64,000 nucleotides of DNA from the NCBI GenBank assembly GCA_905480125.1, contig CAJQPE010000002.1, forward strand, positions 989-64,988. Reading direction: 5' to 3'. This DNA is from an uncultured Flavobacteriales bacterium. GTDB taxonomy: Bacteria > Bacteroidota > Bacteroidia > Flavobacteriales_G > NORP312. How positions within the stretch are numbered: the first letter of the stretch is position 1; each line of letters opens with the position of its first letter. Under the pieces are notes generated by a model, which saw only the letters and a program-made list of their open reading frames with translations, did no database searches and was not told the origin of the DNA. Shown in pieces: positions 1 to 6,843 of the stretch. Made by a program: the position numbers and the translations under genes.

Positions 1-1071
1 TCCGGTGTTAACATAACCGCTATAGCAGTTGACATGAATAGCTGTATTTCGAACGCTTCAGCACCTGTTTCCATAACAGCGCAGCCGTGCGATACAACTA
101 TCATAAACCTTACCACTACTTCTCAAAATGAATCGTCTGTGGGGGCGAACGATGGACAAGCAACAGTAGTTGCTGCTGGAGGAATGTCGCCTTACGCGTA
201 CTTGTGGGATAATGGAAATCCTACTGCAACGGCAGGTGGACTTAGTGCTGGAAATTATACGGTGACGGTAACAGACAATAATGGCTGTTATGCAATTACC
301 GATGTTACCATAACAACATTAACAGTGCTGCCATGCGATACAACAATAATAAACCTTACCACCTCTTCTCAAGATGAATCGGTAGCTGGGGCAAACGATG
401 GACAAGCAACAGTAGTTGCTGCTGGAGGATTCTCACCTTATTTATACTTATGGAATAATGGAAATCCTACTGCAACTGCAGGTGGGCTTAGTGCTGGAAA
501 TTATGCGGTAACAGTAACCGACAGTAATGGCTGTTATGCAATTGCCGCTGTTACCATAACGGTATTTAACCCTTGCGACACCACTTCGTTAGCCGTTTCA
601 ATTAGCTTTCAAAACGAAACTTCATCAGGGGCAAATGATGGACAGGCAACTGCTGCCGCGACCGGAGGAGCTGCGCCATACTCCTACCTTTGGGATAATG
701 GCAACCCAACCAATGCCGCTGCAGGATTAACAGCGGGAACTTATACCGTTACTGCTTCTGATGCAAATGGATGTACTGCGATTGCTACCACAACGATATC
801 CGTTGGTTTAATAATTTCTGACAAGGAGACAAAAATGAACTTAACTATTTTCCCTAACCCAGTTGAAGAGTCTGCTCTAATAAAGTTCTCAAATCCAGGG
901 CAGCAAATGGTTCAAGTTCAGCTTTTTGATCTCTCTGGAAAAATGATTAGAATTATCGAAACAAAAAATGATCAAACCGTCCTCAATTTGTCGGAATTAA
1001 GTCAAGGAATGTATACAGTTAAATTAATAAACTCGACCCATTTTGAGGGGTTAAAACTGATTAAAAACTAA
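1..1071 (+). CDS. SprB-repeat cell-surface protein with T9SS (Por) C-terminal sorting domain; 5' end cut by the window edge
   Basis: Frame 1 is open from nt 1 (SGVNITAIAVD precedes the listed Met at 34), so the ORF enters from upstream. It has three tandem ~80-aa units of the form PCDTT...GANDGQAT..A.GG..PY.YLW.NGNPT...GL.AGNY.VTVTD.NGC, which matches the SprB repeat as I remember it. The last ~75 aa (LTIFPNPVEE..VQLFDLSGKMI..LSQGMYTVKLIN) look like a T9SS type-A C-terminal domain. Confidence 0.8.
   Translation, partial: SGVNITAIAVDMNSCISNASAPVSITAQPCDTTIINLTTTSQNESSVGANDGQATVVAAGGMSPYAYLWDNGNPTATAGGLSAGNYTVTVTDNNGCYAITDVTITTLTVLPCDTTIINLTTSSQDESVAGANDGQATVVAAGGFSPYLYLWNNGNPTATAGGLSAGNYAVTVTDSNGCYAIAAVTITVFNPCDTTSLAVSISFQNETSSGANDGQATAAATGGAAPYSYLWDNGNPTNAAAGLTAGTYTVTASDANGCTAIATTTISVGLIISDKETKMNLTIFPNPVEESALIKFSNPGQQMVQVQLFDLSGKMIRIIETKNDQTVLNLSELSQGMYTVKLINSTHFEGLKLIKN
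85..807 (+). repeat. Three tandem coding repeats (units begin at 85, 331 and 571; period ~240-246 nt) encoding the SprB-type modules
   Basis: Units 1 and 2 share long exact DNA runs. One example is the 36-nt aacgatggacaagcaacagtagttgctgctggagga, present in both. Unit 3 is clearly more diverged. Confidence 0.9.
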
Positions 1072-1176
1072 ATTATTTGTAAGAGTTGGTTCTACCAGAA
1101 AGCAGCTTGTAATAAAGTAATTTTTGCCTAAACAAATTACTAAGGCTTGGCGTCTTTCCAAGACTTGCTGCGCCTT

Positions 1177-2160
1177 TTAACAAAACCAAAATCCCTCTAC
1201 GTTTGGATTATTGGTTAGCTGTTCTTTTATCATGTGCTGTTCTTCATTATTGGCTACAAGTATGATAAGTTGATGGGGCGCATCAGTATCAAATATGGCT
1301 TCCTGATTGGCAATTACTTTTCCATAAATATTTTTTCCAATTTTATTCGGATTGTCAGTCGCCCAGGTAAAGTCAATGCCGCGCTCAATAAACTTTTTGA
1401 CCAACGTTTTCCCTTTTTTTCCTGCGCCCAAAACGCAAAGCTTCTTGCCTGAATTATAGTCTAATTCTAAGAAATATTTCTCCTTTAAATCTAAAAAATT
1501 GTTGTCCGAATAATTCTCGTCATTTCGCGAAGCACGTTTGCTATGGTCCCTCCAAATGTGCAGCAACTCATTAATCCGTTTAACTTTTATCTCGTACTGA
1601 TACATCCTAAAAACCAACTCGTAATCTTCTGGATAAATATCGGAATTAAACGCTCCTATTTTTTCAAAAGTTTGTCTTTCCATCATCCAGCAAGGAGAAG
1701 GAATTACACACTCTCTATAAATTTCTGAATAGTGATTATCATTATCCACAAACTTGTTTAACCAGTCTTGATAATAAATATAACCTTCTCTAAGGTTCTC
1801 GCCAATGTATTTAACCTTCCCCGTAACCACCGTATTCGGTTCGCAGCTAGCAACCATCAGTTCCAACTTGTTAGGGGGCATAATGTCGTCAGCGTCCATT
1901 CTGGTAACATAAGTGCCTCCACATTTAGAATATGAAAGTTTTAGCGCATCAATAATTCCCTTTCCTTTGCTCTCAAGCGCGGTAATACGAATATCCTTCT
2001 TTGAAAATTCTTGCAGTTTTTCGGTGGTACCATCCGTTGAATTATCGTTAACGGCAATAAGCTCCCAATCGGCGTAAGTTTGGTTCAAAATAGAGTTTAA
2101 ACACTCTTCAATAAATAGATCTGCGTTTTTTGCAGGCATAATAATCGAGACTAGACTCAT
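1177..2160 (-). CDS. Family 2 glycosyltransferase with an extra C-terminal Rossmann-like domain
   Basis: The N-terminus VSIIMPAKNADLFIEECLNSILNQTYADWELIAVNDNSTDGT and the motif RMDADD are typical of GT2 (GT-A fold). The C-terminal ~100 aa carry a glycine-rich LCVLGAGKKGKTL motif. ATG start at 2160. Confidence 0.8.
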   Translation of the reverse strand: MSLVSIIMPAKNADLFIEECLNSILNQTYADWELIAVNDNSTDGTTEKLQEFSKKDIRITALESKGKGIIDALKLSYSKCGGTYVTRMDADDIMPPNKLELMVASCEPNTVVTGKVKYIGENLREGYIYYQDWLNKFVDNDNHYSEIYRECVIPSPCWMMERQTFEKIGAFNSDIYPEDYELVFRMYQYEIKVKRINELLHIWRDHSKRASRNDENYSDNNFLDLKEKYFLELDYNSGKKLCVLGAGKKGKTLVKKFIERGIDFTWATDNPNKIGKNIYGKVIANQEAIFDTDAPHQLIILVANNEEQHMIKEQLTNNPNVEGFWFC

Positions 2161-2163
2161 TGA

Positions 2164-4725
2164 TTACTGCTTGCTTTTTGCCGGAGTTGAGCCGCCTTGT
2201 ACCGCTGGTTTGGCTCCTGTAGATTGTTTAGTTGGTTTATAGGTTATGGTTATAGTATCTGTGGACTTACCGTCCGCTCCTGTTGCTGTAAGTTTAACAA
2301 TGTTCTGCCCTTGTTTTAAAACAACATTTGCCGAAATTGACCCATTCGTGTAGTTAAAAGATTGCGCTACTCCGTTAAGCAGCAACTTGACTTGCTGTTT
2401 ACCTTTTGCGCCCGTAACTTTTCCTTTAATTGCAATCGCAGAATTAGTTGATTGATGACCGTTTTTTGGGCTATTAATTTTTGCTATGGGCTTGTCTAAA
2501 CATTTTCCTTTAGAGTCGCCATGAGCTTGATGTTTTGACCAATCACTAATTGGTATTTCGATTGTTGCTTTTGGCTTTCCGCCTTCATTGTGGCAAATCG
2601 TAATCTTCGCTTCCGGTGTTATAATAACCCGCTGGTTAGCTGAGCCGCCATCATTCGTTGCAATGATGTTATAAGTCGCTTTTGAGGTAATTGTTTCGCT
2701 CCAGCTAATCTTATTACTCGCAAACGTAAACTTAGTAAAATTAGATCCATTTTTTGTCACCTTAATCTGGTTCTTACCCATAATACCCGTTGTAATAATT
2801 TGAACACTCGCTGTTCCGCTTTTCGTGGTATAATTTGGCGTGGTTGGTTTCTTCAATTTTAACGTAGGTTTTGGTTCAGCGCAAGTTCCCTTAATGTCTC
2901 CATGTGCTTGATGAAGGGGCCAAAAGTTGGCAGGAATAGTAATTGTCTCTGTTCCTGTTCCCTCTGGTTTATTATGACAAATGACCAACTGTTTGTCGCA
3001 TTTTATATTTACCTCGTCTTGCCCGGTACCATAATCCGTTGTTGCAATAATTAAATACCGAACCTCCGAAGTAATCTCTTCCGTAAATTCTACAACTCCA
3101 TTTTTAAACGTCCATTTAGTTGGGTCTAACACCCTTATGCCCGCAGTAATTTTTATTTGAGACTTGGCAGTTACTTCTGTTACAGAAACTCTCACTTTCT
3201 CGAAACAAGACTTACTCAAATAAGGCCTTCCCTTCGGTGATATCGTGGTCACAACAGGAGCTTTTCCAAGTATAACTTGTGGCGTTTCATAGATTATTAT
3301 TGCCTCCGCGTTTGATTTTCCTGCATCGTTTTCAGCAACAATATAAAGCTTGTTGTCTCCATCGACAAGATTAGCTGAGTAAGTTAATTCACCCTTTTGG
3401 AGATCGAAGTTGTAACTTGCTGTGGCAAGTCCGTTAAACGTTACACGCAACTGCGATGTCATTTTAATTCCTGTAACCGACGCTTTAAAATAGTATTGAT
3501 CATTATCTGTTTGGGCGTTTCCGCTATTCGGATTTGTAAACTTAACTGTTGGTGTGTCGTTTTTATATTTTTTCTCAATATTGGCCGTTTTAGTATCTGT
3601 CCCCGCTAAATTAGTTCCTGAAATGGAAATAATATTTGACCCATTTCTCAGGGTAATTTCACTTTGAAATTTATCAGTATTAGAGTTGTAGGTGAACTGC
3701 GTGGAAGGCTGGCCGTTAACACTATAGTTTATTCCTCCCCTATTATCAACGCCCTGAACCTCAGCAATTATAATATACCGTTCATTATAAGTGCTATTGT
3801 ATCCTTGTGATGGATTGCTTATGGTAACTTTTGGCGCTAACTGAACAGGAACAATTGGGTCTGGTTTAAGCGGGCTAGTTGGAATTCCTCCAGATGGTGT
3901 TGAGCTAGATTCTGTAGCGGGTCTCGTTTCAGCCTTTTCTCCTCCACCAAAATTAAATCTCAAGCCTAAGCCTATAAAATGCTGAACATCATATGGGTAA
4001 AAACCCGTTCTTGTTTCAAATGGATTACCATCCAAATTAGAATGGAAAGGAAACGTCATTTTGTGCTCAAACAAAACTGAAGTTGCTGGCCAAACTTGAT
4101 AGCCAATTCCATAACCAAGAGTTGGTACAAAATATGATTTCCATTCAGTACTGCCGTATGCATGAGATTCATAGTTGTAGTCTCTAGTAGAACTTGATGT
4201 GTAAGCGTACTGATTACCAAACTCATCTAATTGATCAATATCAACCTTGTAATAATAAGCCCCTATCCCTAAAAACCCTTGTAATATTATTTTGGTGCGT
4301 TCTCTTAATCGATTTGCAGACAGCACCAGCTCCAATGAATGCTCAGTACCTTTAACCCGGTAATTGTGATACATGTCAATGCCTGAATAATTTAATGCCG
4401 GGCTATAAGAACCATTAAGTGCCGGGTTTAGGCTCGCGGTTGATGAAAGAGATTGGCTTGCGCCATGGGTTGTAGAACCCAGAATTCTACCTTGTAAATC
4501 CCACCGAAAAATACTGTAACGTTTATAATATATTGTATGACCTAAAAAAATGCCTCCGCCATTACCGCCTTTTGATTTTACATCCCCACAAATATAAGTT
4601 CCTCCGAGGTTTACGCCAAAACTCCAATTGCCATAATCACTAGTTGCTGAATTCTGTGCATAACTTGAAAAACCACTAACACAGATCAAGAAAGCAAGTA
4701 GTAAGTATTGTTTTGTTCTTATCAT
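2164..4725 (-). CDS. Secreted protein with an N-terminal outer-membrane beta-barrel-like region, a Pro/Ser/Thr linker and a long array of Ig-like modules
   Basis: I prefer the start at Met10 of the listed ORF (MIRTKQYLLLAFLICVSGFSSYAQ is a signal peptide). After it, about 235 aa are rich in alternating aromatic/Gly residues and end in LGLRFNFGGG, which is barrel-like. A linker (ETRPATESSSTPSGGIPTSPLKPDP) follows, then ~540 aa of repeated beta-rich modules. Confidence 0.6.
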   Translation of the reverse strand: MIRTKQYLLLAFLICVSGFSSYAQNSATSDYGNWSFGVNLGGTYICGDVKSKGGNGGGIFLGHTIYYKRYSIFRWDLQGRILGSTTHGASQSLSSTASLNPALNGSYSPALNYSGIDMYHNYRVKGTEHSLELVLSANRLRERTKIILQGFLGIGAYYYKVDIDQLDEFGNQYAYTSSSTRDYNYESHAYGSTEWKSYFVPTLGYGIGYQVWPATSVLFEHKMTFPFHSNLDGNPFETRTGFYPYDVQHFIGLGLRFNFGGGEKAETRPATESSSTPSGGIPTSPLKPDPIVPVQLAPKVTISNPSQGYNSTYNERYIIIAEVQGVDNRGGINYSVNGQPSTQFTYNSNTDKFQSEITLRNGSNIISISGTNLAGTDTKTANIEKKYKNDTPTVKFTNPNSGNAQTDNDQYYFKASVTGIKMTSQLRVTFNGLATASYNFDLQKGELTYSANLVDGDNKLYIVAENDAGKSNAEAIIIYETPQVILGKAPVVTTISPKGRPYLSKSCFEKVRVSVTEVTAKSQIKITAGIRVLDPTKWTFKNGVVEFTEEITSEVRYLIIATTDYGTGQDEVNIKCDKQLVICHNKPEGTGTETITIPANFWPLHQAHGDIKGTCAEPKPTLKLKKPTTPNYTTKSGTASVQIITTGIMGKNQIKVTKNGSNFTKFTFASNKISWSETITSKATYNIIATNDGGSANQRVIITPEAKITICHNEGGKPKATIEIPISDWSKHQAHGDSKGKCLDKPIAKINSPKNGHQSTNSAIAIKGKVTGAKGKQQVKLLLNGVAQSFNYTNGSISANVVLKQGQNIVKLTATGADGKSTDTITITYKPTKQSTGAKPAVQGGSTPAKSKQ
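2500..2988 (-). repeat. Two copies of a Cys/His motif module inside the 2164-4725 CDS (copy 1 at 2881-2988, copy 2 at 2500-2604)
   Basis: The two copies are LVICHNKPEGTGTETITIPANFWPLHQAHGDIKGTCAEPKP and ITICHNEGGKPKATIEIPISDWSKHQAHGDSKGKCLDKP. The shared pattern is ICHN-x(9-11)-I.IP...W..HQAHGD.KG.C. Confidence 0.85.
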
Positions 4726-4958
4726 ATATTTCTTCTTAAATAGAATCTGCAATCCTTACTAACACAATTATTAGTATTGACCCTCCAGACATAGTAACCA
4801 TATTCAAATACCATTCCATATTATTTCAATCCCTAATAAATATGAATGCAAGCATCTCTTTTCGATGATGCTATTTTTAATGATTACTAACCCCAAATAT
4901 ATTAACTCCTGAGTTTTATTGCAGTTTTTGTTTTACTTTGAAGCAGAAAAGCAAAACT

Positions 4959-5996
4959 ATGGCAGAATTTACTTACGAATTTCTAAAGTCTTTACCTAAA
5001 GCAGAGTTACATTGCCATTTAGATGGCTCTGTTCGTGTTCAAACAATTTTAGACCTCGCTAAAAAGCATAAGGTTAAACTACCAAAAAAAAATTATACTG
5101 AACTAAAGTCTTATTTAGAAGTTGGTCATGACTGTAAAAACCTCCTTGACTATTTAAAGGCATTTCCCATTACCAACTCCGTATTGCAAACAACTGATGC
5201 CCTTTCAAGAGCCGCATTCGAATTAAGCGAAGATGCAGCCGAAGAAAATATTCGTGTTTTAGAAATTCGGTTTTCTCCACTCTTACACACCGAAAAAAAT
5301 TTAACTCTCAGCGAAATTGTAGAGGCTGTTATTGAAGGCAAATCAAAAGCCGAGAAACAGTATAACATTAAAGTTGGATTAATTCTATGCGGAATTAGAA
5401 GTATGTCTCCTGAGCTTTCAATGGATTTAGCGGAAGTTGCTATTAATTATAAAAACAAAGGAGTGGTAGCCTATGACCTTGCTGGACCAGAAGAAAACCA
5501 TCCAGCAAAAGACCATAAAGAAGCATTCTTCAAAATAATTAATAACAATATTAATACTACTGTTCATGCGGGAGAAGCTTACGGTCCGGAATCTATTCAT
5601 CAAGCGATTCACTATACCCGAGCAAATAGAATTGGCCACGGTACCAGATTACATGAAGATCCTGAATTACTACATTTCGTAAACGACCATCGTATTCCGC
5701 TAGAAATGTGCGTAAATTGTAATGTACAAACAAAAACAGTAGTCTCTCTTGAGGACCATCCAATAAAAGATTACTTAGATCAAGGTATTCGAGTAACAAT
5801 AAATACGGACAACCGTTTAATTTCTAAAACGACACTTACAAACGAATACAAGACCGTTTGTGACACTTTCAAATTAACAAACAAAGAGCTTAAAAAGATA
5901 ATCTTAAACGGATTTAAATCTATTTTTTTACCATATATAGAGTGTAAAAAAGTATATGAGAGCGCTGAAAAAGAATTGGCAGAACTTGGATTATAG
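4959..5996 (+). CDS. add: Adenosine deaminase
   Basis: It has the LPKAELHCHLDGS metal-binding motif, VHAGEA and INTDN motifs, and the expected length. I take the ATG at 4959 (MAEFTYEF) rather than the listed TTG at 4938. Confidence 0.85.
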   Translation: MAEFTYEFLKSLPKAELHCHLDGSVRVQTILDLAKKHKVKLPKKNYTELKSYLEVGHDCKNLLDYLKAFPITNSVLQTTDALSRAAFELSEDAAEENIRVLEIRFSPLLHTEKNLTLSEIVEAVIEGKSKAEKQYNIKVGLILCGIRSMSPELSMDLAEVAINYKNKGVVAYDLAGPEENHPAKDHKEAFFKIINNNINTTVHAGEAYGPESIHQAIHYTRANRIGHGTRLHEDPELLHFVNDHRIPLEMCVNCNVQTKTVVSLEDHPIKDYLDQGIRVTINTDNRLISKTTLTNEYKTVCDTFKLTNKELKKIILNGFKSIFLPYIECKKVYESAEKELAELGL

Positions 5997-6843
5997 ATCT
6001 CCCGACATTCAACCCGAGAAATTTTATCTGACGCGTTGCTTAATCTTATCGTTAGTAATCTCTTCTCTATTCTCTTGCAAAGACAACGTAAAAACCTACT
6101 TGTTTTTATCTCACACCCGAACTGATTCCAACCCTAAAATTGATTCAATTGCAGAAAAAATCGACTATTCTAAGTTCGACATGCTGTGGCTTGGAGGTGA
6201 CCTTGCTTGGTATACATCAGCAGATGATGCGACGATGGAGTATGTAGATAATATTTTTGACTTATCGAACGAAAACACATTATGGGCTATTGGTAACCAC
6301 GATTGTTTTTCAGCGGAAAGAATTCAACGCTTTACGAAACGCCCTAACTCTTATGGTTATTTCAAAAATGGAATAACATATCTGGTGCTTAATACGCAAG
6401 ATAGTGCTAGTAATATTAATGCCGAACAATTAGAATTACTAACCAAGATAACTGATACAATAAAGTATTCGTCACATTTAATACTGTTGCATCATAAATT
6501 AATTTGGATGTACGGGAATCCTGATTTAGAAGTGCTAGTTGATAGTGTTTCAAATGTTTCGTTAGGAACAAGTTCGCATAGCCTTAATCCAAACAATTTT
6601 TATCAAGAAGCATATCCAAAACTGATCGACATAGCAAACAAAGGGATAACAGTTCTTTGTATAGGTGGTGATATTGGAATTAAAACAAATGAATTTGAAC
6701 ACACCACCATAGAAGGAATTACCTTTTTGGCATCAGGTATAAATTTAGGAGATAAAAACAACCAAGTATTATTGTTCGAACACGATATAAAATCTAGAAC
6801 ATTAACCTGGAAATACCGATTGATTAATTCAATTTTAGATTAA
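5956..6843 (+). CDS. Calcineurin-like metallophosphoesterase, probable lipoprotein
   Basis: Motifs GGDLAW, GNHD, LLHHKL and GGDIG fit the metallophosphoesterase signature. The LVISSLFSC segment looks like a lipobox. The start is uncertain because the ORF overlaps the add 3' end by 41 nt. Confidence 0.6.
   Translation: MRALKKNWQNLDYRSPDIQPEKFYLTRCLILSLVISSLFSCKDNVKTYLFLSHTRTDSNPKIDSIAEKIDYSKFDMLWLGGDLAWYTSADDATMEYVDNIFDLSNENTLWAIGNHDCFSAERIQRFTKRPNSYGYFKNGITYLVLNTQDSASNINAEQLELLTKITDTIKYSSHLILLHHKLIWMYGNPDLEVLVDSVSNVSLGTSSHSLNPNNFYQEAYPKLIDIANKGITVLCIGGDIGIKTNEFEHTTIEGITFLASGINLGDKNNQVLLFEHDIKSRTLTWKYRLINSILD

Noticed and set aside
1234-1728. Short plus-strand ORFs (1234-1452, 1543-1728). Many similar 60-140-aa ORFs lie antisense to long genes, for example 3397-3609, 5150-5799, 9010-9327, 21325-21609, 31728-32099, 32736-32981, 57360-57782 and 60062-60397.
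   Set aside because: All lie inside, and antisense or out of frame to, long ORFs with clear family signatures. Their translations are low-complexity or Leu/Ser/Phe-rich and carry no motifs. I treat them as shadow ORFs.
4851-4879. Hairpin AGCATC-10 nt-GATGCT followed by ATTTTTA on the plus strand, which resembles an intrinsic terminator.
   Set aside because: No plus-strand gene lies upstream of it. It sits in the divergent promoter region between the barrel protein and add, and the stem is only 6 bp. At most it is a weak leader structure, so I do not call it.
5084-5092. A9 and T8 homopolymers within coding regions (for example 5084-5092 in add, A9 runs in the 26483-29569 gene, and T8 in plsC near 32153) as possible slippage sites.
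   Set aside because: Runs of A or T this long are expected in a genome this AT-rich and encode ordinary Lys/Phe stretches. Only the G8 tract stands out against the base composition.
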